64,000 nucleotides of DNA from Macrostomum lignano (GCA_002269645.1 NIVC01001743.1:124001-188000); one strand, 5' to 3'. Counted from the stretch's first letter, positions 47,474 to 58,624 are shown. Translations and numbers: made by a program. The notes: a model not told the origin generated them from the sequence alone.

Positions 47474-50400
47474 CCTACGCCTACCTAAGTAAGTAAGTTG
47501 GGGTCCTAAGATCAAGATTAAAGAATCCCAATGCAAAGGCAAATTTGAGAATAAAATATATAAAACCTAGCCTAACTTTTTAGTAGCATACAATTTTACA
47601 AAAGTGGGTACAGAACAGAATACCAAAGCTAGGCCTATGACCTAATTATATCTAGGCATATAGGGCCTATAATTAGGCCCCTAGTTTTTCACTTTAGAGT
47701 TCCACAAACTTGTATTCCTTGTATTGTACTGTAACCAAATTTTTCTTATATCTATAGCCTATAGGAGATATCTGTAGCCATATCCTTAAAATTTTCCCAT
47801 AGCCTAGCCTATCTGTATCGACTATAGGCCCCCTAGTTATAGGCCTACCCATTTTTGTAGCTAATAAATTTCTATAACTGTTGTATAGGCCTAACAGCTA
47901 ATGCCAAGACCTAGACCCTGATAGTGATAGATACCTTTAAGAAGCAACTAAATGTTATGCCTATATATACAATGCAACCATGCTAAAGCTGAATTGCTAC
48001 ATTGGCTTTTGGACTTAAAGTGTAGGCCTACATCAGTTGAGATAGCAAGACCAATACTAAGGCCTATACTTTACATAAGGCCATAAGGCTATCTAATCTA
48101 ATGTAGGCTTCTAACCTATTGCGCAGGCAACAACTTTGACTAGGCCTAGCCAACCATGTCATCTAGTTGGAGCCTAGAAGTTTGCCCTCTATTGCCCTAA
48201 TCCTTTATATGAAGTGCTAATGCTCAAACTATATAGACTGCATAGGCAAGGCCAAAAGCAAGTGGGCAATTCCATATAATTATGGTCGTAACATGACAGG
48301 CTATTTTTACTTATAAAATGAAATCTAATAATAGAATACACTAAACCAATATTTTAAATGAAAGATTTTTTTGTCAAGAATATTTTTATAGAGTTTCATG
48401 TAGATATCATCATTAATATAGATGCTATTAAACCTTGAATGGCACTTCTGGTCGTAACGACAGGATTTTTGACAGATAGAAACTAAAAGGTAAAAGTCTT
48501 ATAACATTTTTCATTTTTGATATTTTGCAATAAATTTTTTAAAATTCGACTAAGAACATCTTCAGAAATCATACTCTTTTTGTAGAATATATAAACTCAA
48601 AAAGGCAACAAAGATACAAAAGAAAAGGCAGCCTTATGGTCGTAACATTCTGGTCGTAACATATTTTGTTCTGTCAATTCAGTAACTTAGAGGTACCAAT
48701 ATATTAAAAATATAATTGATTATTTGTTCATCAATACTTTTATCTGATGATGCAAGTACTATACTTTTATCTATAGTTTGTTTCAACCTTCCAAAGCTTT
48801 CTATTTGTTTTTAAAAGGTTCACAAACTTAATGATGTCTTTTGCTTAAAAAACTGTCCAAATTTTTACAAAAATTACTTTTTGCCACTTGATAACATACT
48901 AATCTAACATTTTATCATTCATTTATTCTTAGATTGTAGATGTTACACATAAAAAACATTTGGTAAAAAAATTGGCTAATCAGGCAGTGGCAAGCAAAAA
49001 TATTGACTTTTTTCTATTTTCCAAATATGTCCATCTTATATGGAATGAGCCAAGTATCCTTTTTCTATGCCCTCTTCCTTTTCTTTTCTTCTTTCCTCTC
49101 TGCTGCTCTGCCCCCTTTTTTCTTTTTCTCTCCCTTCTTATTTCTCCCTTTTCCCTTCTTCTCTTTTCTTTCTTATTTCCTTTTCTTAATACTCTTTCTT
49201 TTTCTCCTCTTCCTTCTTTTTTTGTCTCCTTATTATATTGTTTGAATAACTAAAGTAATGAAATCAAAGTCTAATTCTTACTAAGATCATCTGTGAAAAC
49301 AATGGCCTATTTATTAGTTAGTTTCCAAGAAGCCTCCTTTGCAATATAGGCTTTAGTCTTTTTTGATAGTGGTAGATGCTAGGCAGCTTCTTTATTGGCT
49401 TCATTTATCTTACTTAGGCCTCTCATCATGATATCATCCTAATTACAACATGCATATGATGTCAAAAATATTGTTTTAATCCTTGACCTCAAGGACTTAA
49501 GAGCTCCTTTTATATTGGAAGTGAATACATATCTCAAGTAGGCCCTAACCCTTTGTTCCAACCTTAATGTGTATTAAGGTTGGAATATGCATTAAGGTAT
49601 AGGCCTTATTAATTAAGGTATAGTGTAAAACATTTGAGTCCCTAACCCTAGGGACTTACAAGCTCCTTTGTATTGAAAATGAAAGCATTTATCTTTTCTT
49701 AACATTAGGCCTAGCCCCTTACCACCCAACCATAATGTGCATTTGGTGTCAAAACTAGGCCTATCTATTGCTAAGTTTCCAAATCTATCTATATTTAAGG
49801 ACTTGAGATTAAGAGCTCCCCTTTGAAAATGAAAACATTCATCTCAACTAATAACTTTAGCCCTTAGCACCTAGCCACAATATGGACATGTCATTGATAA
49901 TCTATGTAGATGCTTGAGTGAGTCCTAAATTCTAGGCATTTCACTTTGAAACTAGCAATATTCAATTATTTCTATTACCCTAACCCCATCAAATCTATGG
50001 CTCCAATGGTCTTGCAATTTTTGGCTGAATGGTACTATTAGATATAAGAAAAATGTGTTCCTGTAACCATATCTATAACTTCCCATAGCTATAGATATGA
50101 TGGAATTCTAACATCTTTTGGTGTATTTTCTAACCATCTAGCTTAACCTAGGCCTAATGTTTATATTTTATTAGCATTGCCACCTTTTCCATCAATTAAT
50201 AAATTTGATATATAATATTGGCTTATGGTTTTATGAGTTTTCAGTTTCTTAAAGGTCTTGAGTTGCAGTTATTAAACTAGTATAGACAGTAACTTATTCT
50301 TTGAGCTCAGTATATGGCTAGTTTGGTTAAGAGTGACAAATATGTTCATTGACATTAGTGAGTATTTTTATATTCTATATTTTTTAACTCGGTTAATATG

Positions 50401-50527
50401 AATATGTGACCATCTGTATGAGTATGCTGTCAAGCTTGAATTTCGTTTACAGTTGATTAAATTGAATTTCTATACATTTTCAGTCTGACTGTGCCATTGT
50501 GCATCAACATTTAATTGTTTTTCCTAT

Positions 50528-50552
50528 ATGGACAAGTACTCCTCGCGAAGAG
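50528..50552 (+). CDS. DUF3715 (TASOR/TEX15-type) protein, exon 1
   Basis: ATG GAC AAG TAC TCC TCG CGA AGA G|GTAAG; phase 1 matches exon 2. Confidence 0.6.
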
Positions 50553-50643
50553 GTAAGCTGTCAGCTCATACTGACAGTATGTTTTATGTTTAATACTCAT
50601 TATGGTCAATAAATGGAAGTGTCATTCTGAAATTAAATTTTAG

Positions 50644-50802
50644 TTATTCGCGAGGCTGTCAACCTTGGATCTGACTATGCCACTCAAATTTTTCGCGGCT
50701 TTGTTGACAGCTTCTTGAATCCTCCATCAGCCACCCTAGATCAGTGGCGCCTGGTGAAACTGGAAATGCTAGAGAATGGCTACTTTGAGGAGGAGTTTTC
50801 AG
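50644..50802 (+). CDS. DUF3715 protein, exon 2
   Basis: TTTAG|TT ATT CGC... IREAVNLGSDYATQIF...KLEMLENGYFEEEFS; donor G|GTAAG; 159 nt, phase 1/1. Confidence 0.75.
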
Positions 50803-51179
50803 GTAAGATTTGACATCTCAGCAGCTCCATTCCATCTTGATCCTTGGCCTACTCTTATCCTAAATTTATGAGCCTTTGATCAGCGAGGCTAGATTCGTCT
50901 CATTGGTAGTTCCGCTTTTTTAAACTCGGGTTTACAAGTCTACATATTTTTAAGGAAATATTCGATATGCACTACTAAAAGTATCATGTAGCACAGAAAG
51001 TAAACTTGCAAAGTTGCTTATAACTATATCAATAAATGCCTTTGCGAGGGGACACTTGTGCAACATTATTTTTGTCCTTAAATATCCTTAAATGTCCGTA
51101 AAGACGGTCTCTGACTGTTTTTACCCTGGTTGCCTTCTGGCAGCTTGTCTAAGGGTTGTGCGCAATCCGATTGGCTATG

Positions 51180-52350
51180 CCAATTTCTAAGGGTCCGCCC
51201 CGGAGGGGCTGTGCCCATCTAAAAATAAACCCTATCTTTCTTAGGTGTACATTCCAATTATTTGGCCCTCGGCCTTGGTTTCGGGGGGGTGGTGCCCGGA
51301 GTGAGTAGGTTCTCTGGACTGCAGTGTGGCTAGGACGGGACTGAGCCCCCCGGTCGTACCCGCCCTGCAGGAAAGAACGACCAATTCACAAAGGTGTACG
51401 GTAGACCCAGTAGCATGCCAGCCCTGAGGCTGAGCACCCGGGCTGCAGGTCGGCAAGCTGCCTGCTTTAGGGCTATGGTGCTCCTCCCCACTGCCATTCT
51501 TTTTTTCTGGGCTGGCATCCCAGCGCGGTTTTATCCCTTGCTTTTATTTGTTTTTACCCGGCCATTAGTAGCCATCCAATCTATGGAGTTATGAGCTCTG
51601 CCCTCTGCCCGGTCCATCTTGCCCTGTCCTCGGGTCCATCTCCTGGCTCCTGCTGTAAGGTCCCTGCTTGCGTGTCTCTGGCTCTCATCCTGACAGTGGA
51701 TTGGTGTCCTGGGAAGGATGTTCGTCCCGAACCGGGGACAACCGGCTGAGTCCGGAGTCCTCTTGCCCTGGGTGCCTCTTCTCCCGACCCCTTGGCCTGG
51801 CCCCCAATGATGAGCTGGATAGGCGATGCCCTTGGGTTGGCAGCAATAGAGGTGTGCTATGCTTCTCCGCCTAGAGTCTCCCCCTCGGATACAAGCCTTC
51901 CAGACTCACTCCAAAAAAGAGCTGGGTAGTGAAAAGCCTTGAGGCTCGAGACCTACAGTTGGCCGGTGCTTAGGACTGTATAGGATCGCTCTTGGTAAAT
52001 AGCTGCCCAGACTCTCTCCAATAGTTAGCCCTTTTCCAAGACTTCTGGGTTTCCCCGCTCTTGGACGGCTTTTCAGTAATTCCAATTTCTGTTTTTTCGC
52101 GCACTCCCGAGGACCTGTCTGCTGGGGGGTGGCCTGGGTGGACTCGGTCCTAGCACCGTCCCTGATTCCACTGTTGGTTGGGCGGTGTCTTGTACCATAG
52201 ACTTGAGGTCCTTTGCCCTCTCCCAACTAAATTGGTTTGGGTATCTCGGGTTCACAGTCTTATCTGTGCCCTTGGCAGTGCCCTCTGCGGCAGAGCCCCT
52301 CCCAGGGCTGATCCGCGGGTAGCCCCGTAGCTTCCCACCCCGTTTAACAA
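51180..52350 (-). mobile_element. Unclassified GC-rich retroelement-like fragment in intron 2
   Basis: Sharp GC island with a purine-rich minus strand, broken K/R/G/P-rich ORFs, and a short (AAC)n run at the 52350 end. No diagnostic motif recognised. Confidence 0.3.
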
Positions 52351-52789
52351 CAACAACAAATATCCCAGATTCATATGATCGCATTGTTCTATCCTATTAG
52401 CTGTGCGATTTGCTGGTATATTTTGGACACAGTTCAATGTATAATTTATGTAATGCAAAATTAATGGCGATTAATATACAAATGACTGTTAGCAAATGTT
52501 TGAATTTGAAACTGTTTAACTTTTGGTTTGAAATAACTGCCTGCTCGTCAACTTGCGCAAAGCTGCTCAGATCTTCCCCTGTCCAGGAGGAATTTTCTTT
52601 GCTTTCTTAGCTTGCGCAAGGGCTTGGGTGTGGCTAGATTAATAACTTTGTTATGGGGGCATTTCGTTACATTGTGAGCAAATTTTTGGCTTAGAATTTG
52701 CTAATTGGTCATTTTTGCAACTGGAGTGTCCGAACATGCTGTTATTATGATTTTTACACATTGCTTCTACGGTTTTATCTGCCTCTCCT

Positions 52790-53600
52790 CTCCCCCTCTG
52801 TCCTTGAGAATCTGCCTCTCCACTCCCCTCTGTCCTTGAGAATCTGCCTCTCCGCCTCCCTCAGTCCTTGAGAATCTGCCTCTCCTCTCCCCCTCAGTCC
52901 TTGAGAATCTGCCTCTCCACTCCCCCTCTGTCCTTGAGAATCTGCCTCTCCGCCTCCCTCAGTCCTTGAGAATCTGCCTCTCCTCTCCCCCTCAGTCCTT
53001 GAGAATCTGCCTCTCCTCTCCCCCTCTGTCCTTGAGAATCTGCCTCTCCGCTCCCTCAGTCCTTGAGAATCTGCCTCTCCTCTCCCCCTCTGTCCTTGAG
53101 AATCTGCCTCTCCTCTCCCCCTCAGTCCTTGAGAATCTGCCTCTCCGCTCCCTCAGTCCTTGAGAATCTGCCTCTCCGCCTCCCTCAGTCCTTGAGAATC
53201 TGCCTCTCCTCTCCCCCTCAGTCCTTGAGAATCTGCCTCTCCGCCTCCCTCAGTCCTTGAGAATCTGCCTCTCCTCTCCCCCTCAGTCCTTGAGAATCTG
53301 CCTCTCCGCCTCCCTCAGTCCTTGAGAATCTGCCTCTCCTCTCCCCCTCAGTCCTTGAGAATCTGCCTCTCCTCTCCCCCTCAGTCCTTGAGAATCTGCC
53401 TCTCCACTTCCCCTCTGTCCTTGAGAATCTGCCTCTCCACTCCCCCTCTGTCCTTGAGAATCTGCCTCTCAGCTCCCCCTCTGTCCTTGAGAATCTGCCT
53501 CTCAGCTCCCCCTCTGTCCTTGAGAATCTGCCTCTCAGCTCCCCCTCTGTCCTTAAGAATCTGCCTTTCAGCCCCCCCCCTCTGTCCTTAAGAATCCGCT
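52790..53600. repeat. 31-34-bp intronic minisatellite (TCCTTGAGAATCTGCCTCTCC core)
   Basis: About 24 units. Confidence 0.93.
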
Positions 53601-53934
53601 CTTCCTCTCCGCTCCTGAGGTCGTTGTAATCACTGAATCCTCAAATTAATTCTCAGCCTACTCGTCAACTTGTTAGAAGCACAATCAATTTGCTTTTAAC
53701 AAGGGCTTGGGTAAGGCAAGAGTATGTACCGGATGCTCAGGTCTCGTTTCATCTTAATGTCAAAGATGGATCATTTGGCGTTTGAAAGATAAAATGCATC
53801 TTTCAAATTTGAGCCAAGGCCTCTTGCATCCGTACAACAAATAGTTTTTGTATCAATTTTTCTTGGAATTGTGCCCTCATTAAGTGCTTCATTCACTCAT
53901 TAAACGAAATATCAAGGGTCTATGCCGCCTTTAC

Positions 53935-54070
53935 CCAGTCAAATAAGACATCAAAGGGTTTTGCCGCTATTTTGCGACTTTTTTTTCCAATAAAATAAAG
54001 ACATCAAAGGGTTATGCCGCTATTTTGCGACGCCTTTTCCCAATAAAATAAAGACATCCAAGGGTTACGT
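53935..54070. repeat. ~53-bp tandem repeat (AAGACATCAAAGGGTT), ~2.5 units
   Basis: Direct reading. Confidence 0.75.
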
Positions 54071-54132
54071 CTCCTTTTTTTAAACTAGCCAAACATCCAT
54101 TTGTCTTGCCTCTTGCCACTATTTTTCACCAG

Positions 54133-54536
54133 AGAGGCGGGCCGAGTTCTCGCGCCAAGGCCTGGCTCAGGACGAGCTGTCCACTCACTATGGCTTCCTG
54201 GCCGCGGCTAGCGAAGAGCTGGTCGATCTAACGCTACGAGAAGGCCTCAAAGTTCGCTTCTGTCCAATTAACTCGCTTGGCTACTGCATTTCCGGTGTTC
54301 ACCTGTGCGTACACGGCGACGTCTGTCTGCAGGAGGCGGCGCTGGAGACTGGAGACGATGGCGAGCAAATTGTACTGGTTGCGTTCAAGTTCATGTTTGG
54401 CAGGACCCGGCGAGTGACCCCCGTCACGCCTAAGGATATGGCTATTATAGCGCCTAGTCCTGGGTTCAACTGCCACATTCCCGATGTCAGGCCTGGCAGG
54501 ACCGACTCTTTGTCTGACCAATACCTCAGATCATTG
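54133..54536 (+). CDS. DUF3715 protein, exon 3 (pseudo-PARP core); missed by the ORF track
   Basis: CACCAG|AG AGG. ERRAEFSRQG...ELSTHYGFL...REGLKV...LGYCISGVHL...VAFKFMFGRTRRV...PSPGFNCHI...SL; donor TTG|GTGAG; 404 nt. Confidence 0.85.
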
Positions 54537-54554
54537 GTGAGTTCTGCAGTGTCA

Positions 54555-54935
54555 GTCAGTAGGTGTCTCAGGCCATCATATCTGTGTGTCAGTCAGTAGG
54601 TGCCTCAGGCCATCATATCTGTGTGTCAGTCAGTAGGTGCCTCAGACCATCATATCTGTGTGTCAGTCAGTACAGTAGGTGCCTCAGACCATCATATCTG
54701 TGTGTCAGTCAGTAGGTGCCTCAGACCATCATATCTGTGTGTCAGTCAGTAGGTGCCTCAGGCCATCATATCTGTGTGTCAGTCAGTAGGTGCCTCAGGC
54801 CATCATATCTGTGTGTCAGTCAGTAGGTGCCTCAGGCCATCATATCTGTGTGTCAGTCAGTAGGTGTCTCAGGCCATCATATCTGTGTGTCAGTCAGTAG
54901 GTGCCTCAGGCCATCATGTCTGTGTGTCAGTCAGC
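54555..54935. repeat. 37-bp intronic minisatellite (AGTCAGTAGGTGCCTCAGGCCATCATATCTGTGTGTC)
   Basis: About 10 units filling intron 54537-54959. Confidence 0.95.
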
Positions 54936-54959
54936 CCTCATTCCCTTGTCTGTCCGCAG

Positions 54960-55853
54960 GCCTACCTGTACGAGTTCGAGAACTCTTTCTACCACCCGGT
55001 GCCCCGGCCCCGCCAGTGCAGCCCCCTGGCCGCTCTCTACCTGCGTCGCAGGCGCGGCAGCGGAGTTCCACCGAAACCGCCGCAGTTTCTGCCGACCGCC
55101 GGTCGCTTTCCCTCCGCGGCTGTCACGGCCTCGTTGGCCTCGTCTCTGTCCTCTCGGCAGCCGTCAATTCCATCCATGCCTCCGCCAGGCGTGATGATGT
55201 CGATGTCGGGTCTGATCTCAGCAGCCAGTAGTCAGGCTCAAACTGCTGCCGTTATGAGTCAGCAGCCAATGTTGCGGCTCGCCCCGGATGTGGCTAGTGC
55301 AGTTGGCAGCGTTCTGTCCGAGCTGCGGCATGCCTCATCAACGACCGCCAGTGCGCAGCGGCAGCAGCAGCAGCAGCCTCCGCCTCCGCCTCCGCCGAAA
55401 CTTGACGGTATTCGCGGCTTTTTAAAGAATGCGTCTGGCTCTGCTGCAGCAGCAAGCGGCAATGCGAGCGGCAGCAGCACTAGCAATAATAATAAAGTGC
55501 AACCGCTGATGCGGCAGCAGACTTCAGCGCCGATTGCCGCCTCTTCAACGCCTCTGTTAGCAGTTCGGCAAGCGTCGAAGCAGTTGCAGCAGCAGCAGCC
55601 GCCACCTCCGCTAGCCGAGCCGCCAAGACGAAACGCCTTCCTGACTGCTAGTGCAGCCGCCTCCTCCGCCGCTGCCACAACAGCAACTGTCGGTGCCACC
55701 AGCGCGGCTAGTTCAACTGGCGGCAATCGGTTTCATCCCTACGCCCGGCTGTATACGGCGGCCGCATCGTCCGTGTCTAACAATGGTAGCAGCAATCAGC
55801 AAAGCGCGTCAACTGTTGGTCGAAAGTCTGGCTTTGGAGTCGGTCGAAGATAG
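54960..55853 (+). CDS. DUF3715 protein, exon 4 (domain end plus low-complexity Q/P/A/S tail)
   Basis: TGTCCGCAG|GCC. AYLYEFENSFYHPVPRPRQCSPLAALYL, then a disordered tail with RFHPY near the end. Four exons give 493 aa. Confidence 0.85.
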   Translation, partial: AYLYEFENSFYHPVPRPRQCSPLAALYLRRRRGSGVPPKPPQFLPTAGRFPSAAVTASLASSLSSRQPSIPSMPPPGVMMSMSGLISAASSQAQTAAVMSQQPMLRLAPDVASAVGSVLSELRHASSTTASAQRQQQQQPPPPPPPKLDGIRGFLKNASGSAAAASGNASGSSTSNNNKVQPLMRQQTSAPIAASSTPLLAVRQASKQLQQQQPPPPLAEPPRRNAFLTASAAASSAAATTATVGATSAASSTGGNRFHPYARLYTAAASSVSNNGSSNQQSASTVGRKSGFGVGRR

Positions 55854-56159
55854 TACATAAATTTTTGTAAAAGATTTATAATGACCGAATAGATAGCCAG
55901 AGAATAGCATTTAATTGTCGTTGGTTTCATTATGCAGAACAGTATAGTACAAAATTCAATAAATTATGTACTACAATATTCGTATTCGAGATCTTAAACT
56001 AATTGGTCTTGTGGTTATACTGGTGGAATTGTTTAAAACACGATTGTTTTGTATTCTTTTGATAAAAAATCATGACACCACGTAGTTAAAAATAATTTAA
56101 ATTTAAAACTGTTATCTGATTAAGGCTTTCCACTTTTTTACCAAGTAACTTGTCAGTTT

Positions 56160-56580
56160 GGAGCAGGAGTGAGGCTTGTGTCTCAGTGGAGGTTGGGGCA
56201 GGAGTGAGGTTGGTGTCTCAGTGGGGGCTGGGGCAGGAGTGAGGTTGGTGTCTCAGTGCGGGTTGGGGCAGGAGTGAGGCTTGTGTCTCAGTGGGGGCTG
56301 GGGCAGGAGTGAGGTTGGTGTCTCAGTGGGGGCTGGGGCAGGAGTGTGGTTGGTGTCTCAGTGAAGGCTGGGGCAGGAGTGAGGTTGGTGTCTTAGTGGG
56401 GGTTGGGGCAGGAGTGAGGTTGGTGTCTCAGTGGAGGCTGGGGCAGGAGTGAGGTTGGTGTCTTAGTGGGGGTTGGGGCAGGAGTGAGGTTGGTGTCTCA
56501 GTGGGGGCTGGGGCAGGAGTGAGGTTGGTGTCTCAGTGGGGGCTGGGGCAGGAGTGAGGTTGGTGTCTCAGTGGGGGTAG
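56160..56580. repeat. 35-bp G-rich minisatellite (GGGGCAGGAGTGAGGTTGGTGTCTCAGTGGGGGCT)
   Basis: About 12 units. Confidence 0.95.
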
Positions 56581-57104
56581 GCATGTGTGATGTTGGAGAA
56601 GAAATGCTATGTTAAAAATTGATTGCCACAATTTTATCACTGGCTAATCGACAGGCAAGCGTACCTGTTTCTCTTTTAGTTCTGTATATTGCAATTACCT
56701 TCTACATATTGCACTATTATCTATGAAATATATCGTTTTGCTATTCTCAAGCCATTAAGCCATTTATACAATTCCTCATACGAGCTAAAATGCTTTTCGT
56801 GTCCTTAAGTCCTGATTTTTTTACCTTTTTAGGAATTTTTTCTAATTGGTTCCTGATAATGGGGTCAATAAATGCATATTTGTTGATACAAGTGGGAAGC
56901 TTGGCAACGCGTGTTAAATTTTTTGTCGGACGAATGCATTAGCGTGAAGTGCCTTCTATAGCTGATTACTTATGTCGTTGAAAACAATGGATCTTGCATT
57001 GCCAGTAGCTGAAGCACGCGGGACTGTGGAAACAGATGGGATTCAGTGGGCGGAGGAAAATTCCTTGTTTTCACAACTGGGTAATCGCAGAAAGTGTGCG
57101 CTGT

Positions 57105-57930
57105 TTAAATTAGGCGAAGCTATCCTAAATTAGGCGCCGCTATCCTAAATTAGGCGCCGCTGTCCTAAATTAGGTGCAGATATTCTTCTAAATTAGGCGC
57201 AGCTATCCTAAATTAGGCGAAGCTATCCTAAATTAGGCGAAGCTATCCTAAATTAGGCGCCGCTATCCTAAATTTAGCGCCGCTGTCCTAAATTAGGTGC
57301 AGATATTCTTCTAAATTAGGCGCAGCTATCCTAAATTAGGCGAAGCTATCCTAAATTAGGCGAAGCTATCCTAAATTACGCGCAGCTATCTTAAATTAGG
57401 CGAAGCTATCCTAAATTAGTCGAAGCTGTCCTAAAATAGGCAAAGCTGTCCTAAATTAGGCGAAGCTATCCTAAATTACGCGCAGCTATCTTAAATTAGG
57501 CGAAGCTATCCTAACTTAATCGAAGCTATCCTAAATTAGGCGAATCTATCCTAACTTAATCGAAGCTATCCTAAATTAGGCGAAGCTGTCCTAAATTAGG
57601 CGAAGCTATCTTAAATTAGTCGAAGCTGTCCTAAAATAGGCGAAGCTGTCCTAAATTAGGCGAAGCTATCCTAAATTAGGCGAGGCTATCCTAAATTAAG
57701 CGAAGCTATCTTAAATTAGGCGAGGCTATCCTAAATTAGGCGAGGCTATCCTAAATTAGGCGAAGCTATCCTAAATTAAGCGCCGCTGTCCTAAATTAGG
57801 CGAAGCTATCCTAAATTAGGCGAAGCTATCCTAAATTAGGCGCAGCTATCCTAAATTAGGTGAGACTATCTTAAATTAAGCGCCGCTGTCCTAAATTAGA
57901 CGCCGCTATCCTTTATTAGACGAAGCTTTT
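57105..57930. repeat. 20-bp minisatellite (CTAAATTAGGCGAAGCTATC)
   Basis: About 40 units with a near-palindromic CCTAAATTAGG core. Confidence 0.95.
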
Positions 57931-58289
57931 TTTAATTAGACGCATTGTCCTGTCTAAAACAAACACTTTAGATTTAAAGTATTATTCATAACCAAGTTGA
58001 TGAGCACCGACTCACCGTCAGGCATTTTAAGTGCGAAGTCACACCTAAAGCCTAACAGCCAAGTGACAGCTAAAGTGTTGACTCAAAAATAATGAAAATG
58101 CTTCGCTTGGCTACCAGCTGCTTTTAGAGAAGTATTTGAGCACTTGTCAATCAGCCATCAGTTCGCTCGTGCGAGTATTTGCCGGCTTGTAATTCAAGCA
58201 GCTGCTGGAATGCGACCCTCTTCAGCTGTGCACCCATTTGCATAGGCCGGACCCTCTCAACGCCCCTGTCTGCAGAAATTTTTTTCATT

Positions 58290-58593
58290 CGTCACTATCC
58301 ACGAGCTATCTATCCATTTATCTGTCTATCTCTCTATCTATTTACATGTATATATCTATCCATCCATTTATCTATCTATCTTTTCATATATCTGTCCATC
58401 TCTCTATCTATTTACATGTATATATCTATCCATCCATTTATCTATCAATCCATCCATTTATCTATCTATCTTTTCATATATCTATCCATCTATCTATCCA
58501 TCCATTTATCTATCTTTTCATATCTATCCATCCATCTATCTATCCATCTATTTATCTATCCATCTGTCTATCTATCTATCTATCCTTCCATCC

Positions 58594-58624
<31 letters not shown>

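Noticed and set aside
48960-49253. Hydrophobic membrane-protein ORFs (also 61508-61895, 58179-58717)
   Set aside because: Phe/Leu/Ser-rich translations of polypyrimidine tracts or microsatellites.
43050-50389. Organellar (NUMT) or bacterial insertion explaining the AT-rich block
   Set aside because: No rRNA, tRNA or respiratory-gene motifs and no long ORFs seen. A database search would still be needed to exclude it fully.
52255-52345. HDV-like ribozyme at a retroelement 5' end
   Set aside because: Hairpins are present, but I could not build the nested P1/P2/P3/P1.1 pseudoknot on either strand.
54864-54959. N-terminus of the 329-aa ORF as listed in the track
   Set aside because: It is intronic 37-bp repeat; the coding part starts at the acceptor at 54960.
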